Shown here: one piece after another, positions 9,520 to 24,602 of the stretch
How positions within the stretch are numbered: position 1 is the stretch's first letter
Layout of the letters: every line of letters starts with the position of its first letter
The notes under the pieces: model-generated
The model's input: only the letters and a program-made list of their open reading frames with translations
Told to the model about the DNA's origin: nothing
The model's database searches: none
Origin: a bacterium
GTDB taxonomy: Bacteria > Desulfobacterota > DSWW01
Direction: 5' to 3'
Length of the DNA stretch: 64,000 nucleotides
NCBI GenBank assembly: GCA_040756235.1
Contig: JBFLZG010000062.1
Location: 32,001-96,000, forward strand
Position numbers and translations under genes: made by a program

Positions 9520-9906
9520 ATGCCGGTCGAAATCCGTAAGGAAGGCCCACGACTGCTGGTGGTTCGGATCAGCGGCGTACTGCGCCGAGCGGAGCTCGAG
9601 GAATGCCAGCAAGAGGCGGGGAAGATGATCGAGGAGGTCGGGAAGATCGCCGCTCTGCTCCTGCTCGAAGGGTTCCAGGGCTGGGAGCTCAGAGAAGACT
9701 GGGGTGACGTGAGCTTTCTGGTCGAGCACGACAGCGACATCGAGAAGATTGCGATCGTAGGGCCTGAAAGATGGCGGGACGAAGTCCTCATCTTTGCGGG
9801 CGCAGGACTGTGGCGGCGCTCCATGAGGTACTTCAATGAGACCGAAAGCGCGCGATCCTGGCTTGCTGGGGGGTCGTCATCGTATGGTGAGGTGTTGAGC
9901 CAGTAA
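9520..9906 (+). CDS. STAS/SEC14 (SpoIIAA-like) domain protein
   Basis: FQGWE...WGDVSF...IEKIAIVGPERW...RYF...ARSWL pattern; AGGAGG RBS. Confidence 0.8.
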   Translation: MPVEIRKEGPRLLVVRISGVLRRAELEECQQEAGKMIEEVGKIAALLLLEGFQGWELREDWGDVSFLVEHDSDIEKIAIVGPERWRDEVLIFAGAGLWRRSMRYFNETESARSWLAGGSSSYGEVLSQ

Positions 9907-9926
9907 CAGGAAAGGAGAGACGGAAC

Positions 9927-10961
<1,035 letters not shown>

Positions 10962-10976
10962 CACCGGGAGAGTCTG

Positions 10977-13577
10977 ATGACCGAGAAGATCGAGAGCGAA
11001 AGGGAAGAGCAGGCGCACAAGGGGCCAGCGCCGAAGGGAGCCCGCACGCGCAGAGAAATGCCTGAATTAGGGCGGGAGTTTCTGCGTCATCTCTTCTACA
11101 CCCAGGGGAGGGTTCTGGAAACGGCAACGTTGAACGATCTCTCGATGGCTCTCTCCTACGCGGTCCGGAACCGGCTCCTCGAGCGGTGGCTGCACACGAT
11201 CGAACAGTACCGGGAGCCGGGTGTTCGGATCGTGAGTTACCTGTCTGCAGAATTTCTGATGGGGCCCCAGCTCGAGAACAATCTGATCAACCTGGGGGCC
11301 TATGACGAGGCGCGCAGCGTCCTGCAGGATTTCAACCTGGACCTCAGGAAGATCATCGACCAGGAGGAAGAGCCCGGGCTGGGAAACGGAGGTCTGGGGA
11401 GGCTGGCGGCATGTTATCTGGACAGCCTTGCCACCCTCGAGATTCCTGCAGTCGGCTACGGAATTCGATACGAGTTCGGGATCTTCGATCAGGTCATCCG
11501 GGACGGCTGGCAGGTAGAGGTCAGCGATGAATGGCTGCGACTGGGCAACCCCTGGGAGATCCACCGGCCGGAGGTCGCCTACCACGTGAAATGGGGCGGA
11601 CGTACCGAAGCGTATCGCGATGAGGAGGGACGCTACCGGGTGCGCTGGATCCCCGGCCAGGAGGTGAAGGGGACGGCCTATGACACCCCGGTCGTCGGGT
11701 ACCGGGTGAACACCTGCAATACCCTGCGCCTGTGGAAGGCCGAGGCTGTCAAGTCCTTCGACTTCGAGGACTTCAACGTGGGGAACTACTACGGTGCGGT
11801 GAACGAGAAGGTCATCTCCGAGACGATCACGAAGGTGCTGTATCCGAACGATGAGCCGGAGGTCGGCAAGAGGCTGCGGCTCGCACAGCAGTACTTCTTT
11901 GTCTCCTGCTCTCTCCAGGATATGTTGCGGCTCCACCGTCTGACGGGAGGGAAGCCGGAGACGTTCCACGAGAAGTTCGCGATACAGCTCAATGACACGC
12001 ATCCTTCCATCGCGGTGGCCGAGCTGATGAGACTACTGGTGGACGAATGCGGGGTCGAATGGGAAGCGGCCTGGCGCATCACGCGGAGCGCGTGCGGATA
12101 CACGAACCACACGCTCCTTCCGGAGGCGTTGGAGAAATGGCCGCTGTCGCTGTTCGGAAGCCTTCTACCGAGGCACCTGGAAATCCTCTACGAGATCAAC
12201 CATCGCTTTCTGGACGAAGTGCGCGCGAGATACCCTGGAGACAGTGCGCGCTGCCGCCGTCTGTCCCTGATCGATGAAAGCGGCGAGCGTTACGTGCGCA
12301 TGGCCCACCTGGCCAGCCTGGGCAGCCACGCGATCAACGGCGTGGCGGAGCTGCACAGCGAGCTGCTGAAGGCGGACGTGCTGCGCGACTTCTACGAATG
12401 GATGCCGGAAAGGTTCACCAATGTGACCAATGGAGTGACGCCGCGGCGTTTCGTGGTGGTAAGCAATCCCAAGCTGAGCCGCCTCATCAGCAGCAGGATC
12501 GGAGACGGATGGATGAGGAATCTCGGAGAGCTGAGAGGTCTGGAATCCGCTGCCGAGGACCCCGGCTTCCGGAGGGAGTGGAGGAGGATCAAGAAGGAAA
12601 ACAAACAGGAGCTGGCGGCTTTGATTCATGAGCGCACCGGGATCGCCGTCGAGGTGGACTCCCTGTTCGACATCCAGGTGAAGAGGCTTCATGAATACAA
12701 GCGCCAGCACCTGAACGTCCTGCACATCATCACGCTCTACAATCGCCTGAAGCGCGACCCCAAGACACGTGTGACCCCGCGCACCTTCATCTTCGGCGGA
12801 AAGGCCGCTCCGGGCTACTTCATGGCCAAGCTGATCATCCGGCTGATCAACGGGGTGGCAGAGGTCATCAACAGCGATGCCGATGTGGCGAACCGGCTGA
12901 AGGTGGTCTTCTTCCCTGATTTCAACGTGAAGAACGCCAGGTACATCTATCCTGCCGCCGAGCTCTCGGAGCAGATCTCCACGGCAGGCAAGGAGGCGTC
13001 CGGGACAGGAAACATGAAATTCTCGCTCAACGGGGCCCTGACGATCGGAACGCTGGACGGCGCCAACGTCGAGATCCGGGAAGAGGTCGGAGCCGACAAT
13101 TTCTTTCTGTTCGGTCTGACCGCACAGGAGGTCGGCGAGCTGAAGGCCCGCGGCTACAACCCGCGAGAGTACCACGAGGCCGATCCGGAGCTGCGGGAGG
13201 CCGTGGACCGGATCTCTTCCGGAGTCTTCTCCCGGGGAGAACGGGAGCTGTTCCGACCGCTGGTCGGTTCTCTGCTGGTCCACGATCCCTATCTCCTGTG
13301 TGCGGACTATCGTTCCTACGTCGAAAGCCAGGAGCGGGTGAGCGGGACGTACCAGGATGAAGCCCGATGGTCGCGGATGTCGATCCTCAATGTGGCCAGA
13401 ATGGGAAAGTTTTCCTCCGACCGTTCGATTCAGGAGTACTGCGACAAGGTCTGGAACGCCCGTCCGGTCACGGTGAACCTCGGGAAGTACACGATCGGAG
13501 AGGATGCCGTTCTGCTGACCGGTCGCAAGGAAGAAAGTCGATCCTGCGGGTCGGAGGCTCCGAATGGAGGCGCGTAG
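10977..13577 (+). CDS. glgP: Glycogen/alpha-glucan phosphorylase
   Basis: GLGNGGLGRLAAC, QLNDTHP, YTNHT, KRLHEYKRQ and PLP motif EASGTGNMK. Confidence 0.97.
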   Translation: MTEKIESEREEQAHKGPAPKGARTRREMPELGREFLRHLFYTQGRVLETATLNDLSMALSYAVRNRLLERWLHTIEQYREPGVRIVSYLSAEFLMGPQLENNLINLGAYDEARSVLQDFNLDLRKIIDQEEEPGLGNGGLGRLAACYLDSLATLEIPAVGYGIRYEFGIFDQVIRDGWQVEVSDEWLRLGNPWEIHRPEVAYHVKWGGRTEAYRDEEGRYRVRWIPGQEVKGTAYDTPVVGYRVNTCNTLRLWKAEAVKSFDFEDFNVGNYYGAVNEKVISETITKVLYPNDEPEVGKRLRLAQQYFFVSCSLQDMLRLHRLTGGKPETFHEKFAIQLNDTHPSIAVAELMRLLVDECGVEWEAAWRITRSACGYTNHTLLPEALEKWPLSLFGSLLPRHLEILYEINHRFLDEVRARYPGDSARCRRLSLIDESGERYVRMAHLASLGSHAINGVAELHSELLKADVLRDFYEWMPERFTNVTNGVTPRRFVVVSNPKLSRLISSRIGDGWMRNLGELRGLESAAEDPGFRREWRRIKKENKQELAALIHERTGIAVEVDSLFDIQVKRLHEYKRQHLNVLHIITLYNRLKRDPKTRVTPRTFIFGGKAAPGYFMAKLIIRLINGVAEVINSDADVANRLKVVFFPDFNVKNARYIYPAAELSEQISTAGKEASGTGNMKFSLNGALTIGTLDGANVEIREEVGADNFFLFGLTAQEVGELKARGYNPREYHEADPELREAVDRISSGVFSRGERELFRPLVGSLLVHDPYLLCADYRSYVESQERVSGTYQDEARWSRMSILNVARMGKFSSDRSIQEYCDKVWNARPVTVNLGKYTIGEDAVLLTGRKEESRSCGSEAPNGGA

Positions 13578-13619
13578 TCGGATCTCTCCCCTGAGGCGAG
13601 CAGACCGAACCCGTGTCGT

Positions 13620-14795
13620 GTGAGGAAAGCCATGGTTTCCGAACGTGCGAACCAGATCGAGCGGTTTATGGTGGTGTCGGTCATTGCACTTCTTCTGCTC
13701 GGAGCGATCGTGATGGTTCTGCCTTTCCTGCGGGCCATCCTCTGGGCGGTCGTGTTCTCCGTGACCATGTGGCCTCTGTTCCTGAGGATGGAAAAGGCCA
13801 TGAACGGGAAAACCAAGCTGGCGGCGACGGTTGCTACCCTGCTCATCGCGCTCATGCTCTTCATACCCATGGCTTATGTCGGCAGCAAGCTTTTCGCTCA
13901 GACGTCGAACGCCCTGGACTATGCGGAAAAGGTGGTGCACGAGGGCCTGGGGCAACCGCCTGTCTGGATCAAGGATTTTCCGTGGATTGGGGATCGACTT
14001 GTGGGGATCTGGCAGTCTGCCGAGCAGGACACCGCGAGACTGATCGAGGTGGCCAAGCCCCATATCCGAACGGTTGCAGGGTCTGTCCTGAGTGCGGGGG
14101 CCGGGATGGCCCGGTTCGCTCTGACGTCCATCCTGGGTCTGATACTTCTGTTCTTCTTGCTCAAGGAAGGGCGCTCGGTCCGGGCGAGCCTGGAAAGAAT
14201 GGCCCTGCGCCTGGGCGGAGAAAATGCAGTCCATCTTCTCGTCGTTGCCGGGTCCACGATGCGGTCCGTGGTGTACGGGATCCTCGGGGCGGCCATGATC
14301 CAGGGAGTCCTGGCAATCGTCGGTCTGTGGATATCCGGGGTTCCGCGCGCCGTCTTCATCGGGACACTGGCAGGGTTTCTCGCCCTCATCCCGATCGGCG
14401 TGATTCAGCTGGTCCTGTTGCCCGCCGCAGGGTGGCTCTTCTACCAGGGACAGACCGGATGGGGGATTTTTCTGTTGATCTGGTCCGTCGCCGTCGTCGG
14501 CCAAGTGGACAACGTGATTCGGCCCATGTTGATCAGCAGGGGCGCCAAGATTCCCTTTCTGGTGGTGCTGCTCGGCGTGCTCGGCGGACTTGCCTTCGGG
14601 GGAATCATCGGCCTGTTCGTCGGGGCGACACTTCTCGCGGTGGTCTACACCATGATGAAGGAATGGTCGATCGAGTCGGAGCAAGATCGGAGTGCCGGCC
14701 GGCGCGGGGCGGGTGTACCGGGCGAAGACGAGGAAAAGGCCATCGCGGACTCCACGGCTGATGTCGGAGCCGCCTATCAGGAAGGCCGGGCGTAA
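13620..14795 (+). CDS. AI-2E family transporter
   Basis: Multi-TM protein with DNVIRP...LLGVLGGLAFGGIIGLFVG. Confidence 0.9.
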   Translation: MRKAMVSERANQIERFMVVSVIALLLLGAIVMVLPFLRAILWAVVFSVTMWPLFLRMEKAMNGKTKLAATVATLLIALMLFIPMAYVGSKLFAQTSNALDYAEKVVHEGLGQPPVWIKDFPWIGDRLVGIWQSAEQDTARLIEVAKPHIRTVAGSVLSAGAGMARFALTSILGLILLFFLLKEGRSVRASLERMALRLGGENAVHLLVVAGSTMRSVVYGILGAAMIQGVLAIVGLWISGVPRAVFIGTLAGFLALIPIGVIQLVLLPAAGWLFYQGQTGWGIFLLIWSVAVVGQVDNVIRPMLISRGAKIPFLVVLLGVLGGLAFGGIIGLFVGATLLAVVYTMMKEWSIESEQDRSAGRRGAGVPGEDEEKAIADSTADVGAAYQEGRA

Positions 14796-14825
14796 CGGGG
14801 AACCAGACTACGGACGAGGGAACCC

Positions 14826-18214
<3,389 letters not shown>

Positions 18215-18233
18215 AGATCGAGGGAGCGTTGCC

Positions 18234-18983
18234 GTGCACAAGATCGTTCTGCTGAGACATGGGGAAAGCACCTGGAACAAGGAAAACCTTTTCACGGGCT
18301 GGACGGACGTGGACCTTTCAGAGAAAGGCGTCGAAGAGGCCCGGGAAGCAGGTCGCGTTCTCAAGGAGCTGGGGTATGGCTTCGATGTCGCCTTCACCTC
18401 TGTCTTGAAACGAGCGATACGTACCCTCTGGATCGTCCTGGACGAGCTGGACCTCATGTGGATACCCGTGATCCGGGACTGGCGCCTGAACGAGCGGCAT
18501 TACGGCGCTCTGCAGGGTCTCAACAAGGCTCAGACGGCCGAGAAGTTCGGCGAGCCACAGGTCAAGGTGTGGCGCCGGAGCTATGATGTCCGCCCTCCGC
18601 CTCTGGAGGAGGCCGATCCTCGGAATCCCGCGAGGGACCCGCGCTACAAGGAGCTGGAGAAGGACGAGATTCCGCTCACGGAGTGCCTCAAGGACACGGT
18701 GGAACGCTTTCTGCCGTGCTGGCACGAGGTGATCGCGCCCGCGGTCCGCTCCGGAAAACGAGTCCTTCTCGCGGCCCACGGAAACAGCCTGCGGGCCCTG
18801 GTGAAGTACCTGGATGACATTCCTGACAATGTGATCCCCGAAGTCAACATTCCAACGGGGATGCCGCTGGTCTACGAGTTGAAGGACGATCTGAAGCCGG
18901 TACGGAGCTACTATCTGGGTGAGCCCGAGAAAGTGAAGAAGGCCATGGAAGCGGTGGCAAGCCAGGCCAAGGTCAAGAAGTAA
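18234..18983 (+). CDS. gpmA: 2,3-BPG-dependent phosphoglycerate mutase
   Basis: [28 protein letters not shown] and [12 protein letters not shown] start. Confidence 0.97.
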   Translation: MHKIVLLRHGESTWNKENLFTGWTDVDLSEKGVEEAREAGRVLKELGYGFDVAFTSVLKRAIRTLWIVLDELDLMWIPVIRDWRLNERHYGALQGLNKAQTAEKFGEPQVKVWRRSYDVRPPPLEEADPRNPARDPRYKELEKDEIPLTECLKDTVERFLPCWHEVIAPAVRSGKRVLLAAHGNSLRALVKYLDDIPDNVIPEVNIPTGMPLVYELKDDLKPVRSYYLGEPEKVKKAMEAVASQAKVKK

Positions 18984-19015
18984 GACCGCCACGGTTCTTC
19001 GGGGAGGAGACAGAT

Positions 19016-19459
19016 ATGAAGATACTGAGTACACCGCGCATGGAGCGGTGTATCGGTTGTCACTCCTGTTCCCTGGCTTGTGCCCGTCTGGTGTACAAGC
19101 ACCTTTCCTGGGATACGGCGGGCATCCGCATCCGGTCAACGGGCGGGCTTTCGACAGGCTTCGAAGCCAAGCCCTGCCTTGCCTGCGATCCGGCGCCTTG
19201 CGCCGAAGCATGCCCGACGGGTGCCTACTCGCAACGAAGAGGAGGTGGAGTTCTGGTGAGGAAAAAGCTGTGCATTCGTTGCGGGGCCTGTGCCCGTGCC
19301 TGCCCGGTCGACGCCATCTACCTGGACCCGTCCGGGGACCCCTTCGTGTGCGTTCACTGCGGGCGCTGTGTGGAATTCTGTCCCCATGACTGCCTGGAGA
19401 TGGTGGAAGTTCCGGCTGTTCCGACACCGGATGAAAGTGGAAGGGAGGTGGCGCCATGA
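19016..19459 (+). CDS. 4Fe-4S multicluster electron-transfer subunit of the adjacent AFOR
   Basis: CIGCHSCSLAC, CLACDPAPCAEACP, CIRCGACARACP and CVHCGRCVEFCP; overlaps the next gene via ATGA. Confidence 0.92.
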   Translation: MKILSTPRMERCIGCHSCSLACARLVYKHLSWDTAGIRIRSTGGLSTGFEAKPCLACDPAPCAEACPTGAYSQRRGGGVLVRKKLCIRCGACARACPVDAIYLDPSGDPFVCVHCGRCVEFCPHDCLEMVEVPAVPTPDESGREVAP

Positions 19460-21258
19460 TCCGGGACCATTTCCGAGTTCTCAAGGTCGACCTTGCCACC
19501 GGCCGGGGCCAAATCGAAGAGATCGACGGCCGCAACACCTGCGCGGGGGGAAGCGGCCTCGCGGCGCTCCTGTTCGGCCGCGCCGGCCTTCCCGACCGGA
19601 CCTGGGAAGATCCGGAGCAGCCGTTGATCTTCGCCGTCGGTCCCCTCACGGGGTACTTTCCGTTGATGAGCAAGACGGTCTGCGCCTTCAAATCGCCTTA
19701 CCACGATCAGTATGCCGAGAGCCACGGCGGGGGACGGTCGGCCCTGGCGCTGCGGTTCGCCGACCTGGACGCCCTGGTGATTACCGGGAAGGCCAGGCGC
19801 CCGAGCTGTGTGGTGGTGGGGTCCCGCACGCTGGAAGTGAAAGACGTGCACTATCTCTGGGGAAAGAGCGTCCAGAGGACCGGGCAAATACTGCGCCGAA
19901 TGATGGGCGGGTCCGGGCACCGAAGCATTCTTCGGATCGGACCGGCGGGCGAGAACCGGTCGGCCATGGCCTGCATCAACGCGGATACGTACCGCCATTT
20001 CGGCCGCCTGGGAGGCGGCGCGGTCATGGGCGTGAAAAACGTCAAAGCCATCGTAATCCTGGGTGACGGGTCCTTCGATCTGCCCGGCGGCAAGGAGTAT
20101 GTCCCGCTCTTCCGGCAGATCTACGGGCAGCTCACCGAAACGAACATGATGGACAAGTACCACAACCTGGGCACCCCCATCAACGTGGCGGTGCTGAACG
20201 CCATCCAGGCGTTGCCCTGTCGCAATCTCCAGAAGACCAGCGACGAGGCCATCTCCGGCATCACGGGGGAGACCTTTGCGGATCGAGCTCTCCTGCGCAA
20301 CACCGCCTGCGCCGGATGCCCGGTGGGGTGCATCCACCTGGGGTTCGTGCGCGAAAAGTTCAGTGAACCGAACCAGTATCTCTACCGGCAGGTTTCCTAC
20401 GACCATGAGCCTATCTTTGCCATGGGCTCGATGCTGGGGGTCGAGGACGCCTTCCAGGTCCTGACCCTGTTGGAAGTCGCGGAAAAGATGGGACTGGACG
20501 TGATGTCCGCCGGAGTGGCGCTGGCCTGGGCTACGGAGGCATTTGAAAAGGGCCTTCTTCCGGAAAAGGAGACGCTGGTCCCTCTCCAATTCGGCGATGC
20601 CGGGGCCTATTGCCAGGCGGTGAAACACCTGGGAGAAGGAGCCAACGATTTCTATCGCCTGTTGGGCCGGGGGACGCTCAAGGCAGCGGAGAAGTACGGA
20701 GGCGCAGACTTCGCCTGCGTCCTGGGCCAGGAGATGGGGGGGTATGCGACCGGGGAGGTGTTCTTCATCTCCCAGGCGCTGGGGCTGCGCCACTCTCACC
20801 TGGATGCCGGAGGGTACTCGTACGATCAGAAGGTCCGTCCCGTAGATGTAACGGCGCTCGCCGAGTCTGCCCAGGTGAAAGATGGGGCCAAGGCCGTGGA
20901 GTTCCTGGTTCAGGACGAGAGGGCCCGGGTGTTTCTCACATCCATGGTCTCCTGTCTCTTCGCCCGGGAAGTTTACAAAGAGACCGTGCTGGCTGATTGC
21001 CTGAGCGCCGTAGGGTACCGGAAGCTGGCGGAAGACGTGGACTGCGTCTCACGTGCGATCCAGAAGATGCGCTGGCAGGTCCGGGTGAGAACCGGGTTCG
21101 ACCCCGGATCCGTGAAGATTCCGGAGCGGTTCAAGCAGGTTGTTACCTGGAAGGGCCCCCTGGATGCGAATTACCTGGATTCTCTGCAGAAGACATACGC
21201 CCAAACGATCCTGGAGATGGCGAAATCCGAGGAAAGCAGTTCTCCTCAAACGGGCTGA
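19456..21258 (+). CDS. Aldehyde:ferredoxin oxidoreductase (tungstopterin/WOR family) large subunit; probable glyceraldehyde-3-phosphate oxidoreductase (GOR-like)
   Basis: KVDLATG, GPLTG, FKSP, IGPAGEN, GRLGGGAVMGVKNVKAI, CAGCPVGC, EKMGLD and late SCLF Cys. Family call is solid; substrate is inferred from context only. Confidence 0.88.
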   Translation: MIRDHFRVLKVDLATGRGQIEEIDGRNTCAGGSGLAALLFGRAGLPDRTWEDPEQPLIFAVGPLTGYFPLMSKTVCAFKSPYHDQYAESHGGGRSALALRFADLDALVITGKARRPSCVVVGSRTLEVKDVHYLWGKSVQRTGQILRRMMGGSGHRSILRIGPAGENRSAMACINADTYRHFGRLGGGAVMGVKNVKAIVILGDGSFDLPGGKEYVPLFRQIYGQLTETNMMDKYHNLGTPINVAVLNAIQALPCRNLQKTSDEAISGITGETFADRALLRNTACAGCPVGCIHLGFVREKFSEPNQYLYRQVSYDHEPIFAMGSMLGVEDAFQVLTLLEVAEKMGLDVMSAGVALAWATEAFEKGLLPEKETLVPLQFGDAGAYCQAVKHLGEGANDFYRLLGRGTLKAAEKYGGADFACVLGQEMGGYATGEVFFISQALGLRHSHLDAGGYSYDQKVRPVDVTALAESAQVKDGAKAVEFLVQDERARVFLTSMVSCLFAREVYKETVLADCLSAVGYRKLAEDVDCVSRAIQKMRWQVRVRTGFDPGSVKIPERFKQVVTWKGPLDANYLDSLQKTYAQTILEMAKSEESSSPQTG

Positions 21259-21273
21259 AAGGGTAGCAGGAGG

Positions 21274-23379
21274 ATGGTCATGCCTACCGCGAAAGGCCTT
21301 TACATATTCGGGGCTGAGCCCCAGTCCGGGAAATCGGTCATCCTGCTCGGGATCATGGAAGCCCTCTCGCGGCACGTGCAGAGACTGGGCTTCTTCCGCC
21401 CTCTTGTCCGTGCCGGACAGACCCGCGACGACGCCATCCGCCTGGTGACGAGCCGTTACCAGCTCTCTTTTCCCAACCGGGTCGCATACGGGATGACGTA
21501 CGAGGAGGCCGGTGCGCTCGTGAGCGAAGAAAACTACGGCGAGCTGTTGAAGCGGATCCTCGAACAGTACGGATCCCTGGAGCCGGACTGCGATGTCATC
21601 GTATGCCTCGGGACCGGATTCCATGACATCCCCCCGGGGCTGGCCCTCGACTTCAATATCGACGTGGCCAATAACCTCGGGGCCCTGGCGGTGCCTGTGG
21701 CGACCGGGTACGGGCGCACGCCGCAGGAAGTCCTGCGCAAGTCTCGCGTATTGGTCAGTCTGCTTGAGACCAAGATGTGTGAGGTCCTCGCCCTCTTCCT
21801 CAACCGGGTGGCGCCGGAACAGGCGGACGAAATCCGGGGGCTTGCGCGAGGGGAGACAGGGGCTCCGATCTTCGTCGTGCCCGAGCTTGCCGAACTGAGC
21901 AGGCCTACGGTGGGGGAAATCGCCCAGGACCTGGGCGCCACCCTCTGGAGCGGTGAGCCGGAAAGCCTGACCCGCGAGGTAGAGGACATCAAGATCGGAG
22001 CCATGGAGCTTCCCAACTTCCTCGACCGTCTGGTCGAGGGGACCCTCGTCATTACGCCTGGAGACCGATCCGACATCGTCCTGGGAAGCCTTCTGGCCGA
22101 CGCTGCCAGCACCTTCCCCAGGGTCGCAGGCCTTCTTCTGACGGGCGGCTTGAGGCCTGCCCGGGAAGTGCAGCGTCTCATCGAAGGGGTGCGCAAGTCG
22201 CCCGTCCCGGTTCTCACCGCAGAGGTGGACACCTTCGCGGCCGGGACTCAGGCCGCCCGGGTGAGAGGCAGAATCCGGCCGGAGGACCTGCGCAAGACGG
22301 CCGTTGCCCTTGGGCACCTGGAGAAGCACCTGAGCTTTCCAGCCCTCTACCAACGAATCAACATATCTCGTCCGGTGCATGTCACGCCGATCATGTTCGA
22401 GCACAGCCTGGTCGAACAGGCCCGATCGAACCGAAGGCATGTCGTGCTGCCGGAAGGGACGGAAGAGCGCGTTTTGCAGGCTGCCGAAATCCTCCTCCTC
22501 CGCGGCGTGGCCGATGTGAGCCTGCTGGGCAACGTAGAGGAGATCCGGCAAAAGGCGAGCTCCCTGGGTCTTTCCCTGAGGGGGGCTGCCCTGGTGGATC
22601 CGGCCGAGTCCCGGCGCAGAGAGGAGTATGCCCGCACCTATTACGAGCTCCGCAGACACAAGGGAATTTCCGAGCAGATGGCCTTTGACCTCGTGGTCGA
22701 TGTGACCTACTGCGGGACCCTGATGGTCCATCGCGCCGAGGCGGACGGGCTCGTCTCGGGGGCGGTGCATACCACAGCCCACACGCTAAGGCCGGCCTTC
22801 GAGATCATCGGGGTGAAGCCGGGCTTTTCTCTTGCCTCGAGCGTGTTCTTCATGTGCCTTGCAGACCGGGTGCTCGTCTTTGGCGATTGTGCCGTGAACC
22901 CGGAACCGACCACGGAGCAGCTGGCGGATATCGCCGTCGCGTCGGCCGAGACCGCGCGGGCCTTCGGCATCGAGCCGCTGATCGCCATGCTCTCCTACTC
23001 CACCGGGGAGTCAGGGAAGGGTGCGGACGTGGAAAAGGTGCGGGAGGCGACCCGCCGGGTGCGGAGCCTGCGGCCGGATCTTTCCGTGGAAGGGCCGATC
23101 CAGTATGACGCCGCGGTGGACCCGGCCGTGGCCCGGGTGAAGTTGCCCGAAAGCCGGGTTGCCGGCCGTGCCACGGTCTTCATCTTTCCCGATCTCAACA
23201 ACGGGAATATCACCTACAAAGCCGTTCAGAGATCTGCCCAGGCGGTGGCCATCGGCCCGGTCATCCAGGGGCTCAAACGGCCGGTCAACGATCTGAGCCG
23301 AGGCGCCACGGTGACGGACATCGTGAATACGGTCGCCGTCACGGCGATCCAGGCGCAGGAGAGGGGGAGCGGTTCATGA
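21274..23379 (+). CDS. pta: Phosphate acetyltransferase, long form (N-terminal BioD-like and DRTGG domains)
   Basis: SGKS, ITPGDRSDI, VLPEG, FGDCAVNP, LSYSTG, GPIQYDAA, FPDL and PVNDLSRG. Confidence 0.97.
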   Translation: MVMPTAKGLYIFGAEPQSGKSVILLGIMEALSRHVQRLGFFRPLVRAGQTRDDAIRLVTSRYQLSFPNRVAYGMTYEEAGALVSEENYGELLKRILEQYGSLEPDCDVIVCLGTGFHDIPPGLALDFNIDVANNLGALAVPVATGYGRTPQEVLRKSRVLVSLLETKMCEVLALFLNRVAPEQADEIRGLARGETGAPIFVVPELAELSRPTVGEIAQDLGATLWSGEPESLTREVEDIKIGAMELPNFLDRLVEGTLVITPGDRSDIVLGSLLADAASTFPRVAGLLLTGGLRPAREVQRLIEGVRKSPVPVLTAEVDTFAAGTQAARVRGRIRPEDLRKTAVALGHLEKHLSFPALYQRINISRPVHVTPIMFEHSLVEQARSNRRHVVLPEGTEERVLQAAEILLLRGVADVSLLGNVEEIRQKASSLGLSLRGAALVDPAESRRREEYARTYYELRRHKGISEQMAFDLVVDVTYCGTLMVHRAEADGLVSGAVHTTAHTLRPAFEIIGVKPGFSLASSVFFMCLADRVLVFGDCAVNPEPTTEQLADIAVASAETARAFGIEPLIAMLSYSTGESGKGADVEKVREATRRVRSLRPDLSVEGPIQYDAAVDPAVARVKLPESRVAGRATVFIFPDLNNGNITYKAVQRSAQAVAIGPVIQGLKRPVNDLSRGATVTDIVNTVAVTAIQAQERGSGS

Positions 23380-24602
23380 GGGTCGTGGTCGTCAACTCGG
23401 GAAGCTCCTCGGTGAAGTATGAGGTATTCGAGACCTCAGGGTTTTCCGTGCTGTCCTCCGGCTTGCTGGAACGGATCGGGGAGAGCGAGAGCCGGCACAC
23501 CCACCACGTCTTCAGGCCGTCCGGCACGGTCGAAGAGACCGAACGCCGGGCGCGGGTGGCCAACCATGAAGAAGGGTTCCGCTTCATCTTGAGCCTGCCC
23601 GGTGAATCCGCCGTGATCCGGAACCCTGCGGAGCTCCTGGGGATCGGACACCGCGTAGTCCACGGAGGAGAGTCTTTCCGGGAACCGGTGGTGATCGACG
23701 GGAAGGTGGTGGAGACCATTCGAGGGCTCATCCCCCTGGCCCCGCTCCACAACCCGGCGAACCTCCTCGGGATCGAGGCGGCCCGGCAAGCCTTTCCGGG
23801 AGTGCCGCAGGTAGCTGTTTTCGACACCGCTTTTCATCAATCCATGCCGTCCCATGCTTTTCTCTACGCAGTGCCCTACAGCTTCTATGCCCTGCACGGC
23901 GTGCGGCGCTACGGCTTTCACGGAAGCTCCCATCTGTGGGTGGCCAAGGAAGCGGCGGCTCATCTCGGGAAGCCCCTGGCGCTCCTCAACTTGATCACCC
24001 TCCACCTGGGGAACGGGGCGAGTGCGGCGGCGATCCGCCAGGGGCAGAGCGTGGACACGTCCATGGGCATGACGCCCCTGGAGGGCCTCGTCATGGGGAC
24101 GCGCTGCGGGGACCTGGACCCGGCCATTCCCTTTTACCTGCGCAGGGCCACCGGCATGCCGGAACGAGAGCTGGAAGCGCTGTTGAACAAGGCGAGCGGC
24201 CTGAAGGGAATTTGCGGGGCCAATGACATGCGGGAGATCCTCGGTATGGCGAAGCGAGGGGACCCGCTCGCCCGGCTGGCCCTGGAGCTCTACTGCTACC
24301 GCATCAAGAAGTATCTCGGGGCCTATTATGCGGTGCTGGGCCGGGTCGATGCCGTGGTGTTCACCGGCGGCATCGGCGAGAACGCCGCTCCGATCCGGAG
24401 ACAGTGCTGCCAGGGGCTCGAAGGGCTTGGAATCACGGTCGACGACAGGAAGAACGATCAGGCTTGCGCAGAGGTCCTCGAAATCCACCACGACGGCGCT
24501 CCGGTCAAGGTCCTGGTCGTCCGGACGAATGAGGAACGGCAGATCGCCGAGCAGACCGTTGCGACCCTCCTTCGGGAGAGGGAAGGGGAGGAGCAGGGAT
24601 GA
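23376..24602 (+). CDS. ackA: Acetate kinase
   Basis: NSGSSSVK, GHRVVHGG, APLHNP, FDTAFH, RYGFHG, HLGNG and FTGGIGEN. Confidence 0.97.
   Translation: MRVVVVNSGSSSVKYEVFETSGFSVLSSGLLERIGESESRHTHHVFRPSGTVEETERRARVANHEEGFRFILSLPGESAVIRNPAELLGIGHRVVHGGESFREPVVIDGKVVETIRGLIPLAPLHNPANLLGIEAARQAFPGVPQVAVFDTAFHQSMPSHAFLYAVPYSFYALHGVRRYGFHGSSHLWVAKEAAAHLGKPLALLNLITLHLGNGASAAAIRQGQSVDTSMGMTPLEGLVMGTRCGDLDPAIPFYLRRATGMPERELEALLNKASGLKGICGANDMREILGMAKRGDPLARLALELYCYRIKKYLGAYYAVLGRVDAVVFTGGIGENAAPIRRQCCQGLEGLGITVDDRKNDQACAEVLEIHHDGAPVKVLVVRTNEERQIAEQTVATLLREREGEEQG

Noticed and set aside
12165..14684. Long antisense ORFs (e.g. 839 aa here; also 37625-39523, 49003-50847, 21049-22782, 61597-63150)
   Set aside because: They overlap well-supported genes on the opposite strand and lack motifs; typical shadow ORFs of high-GC DNA.
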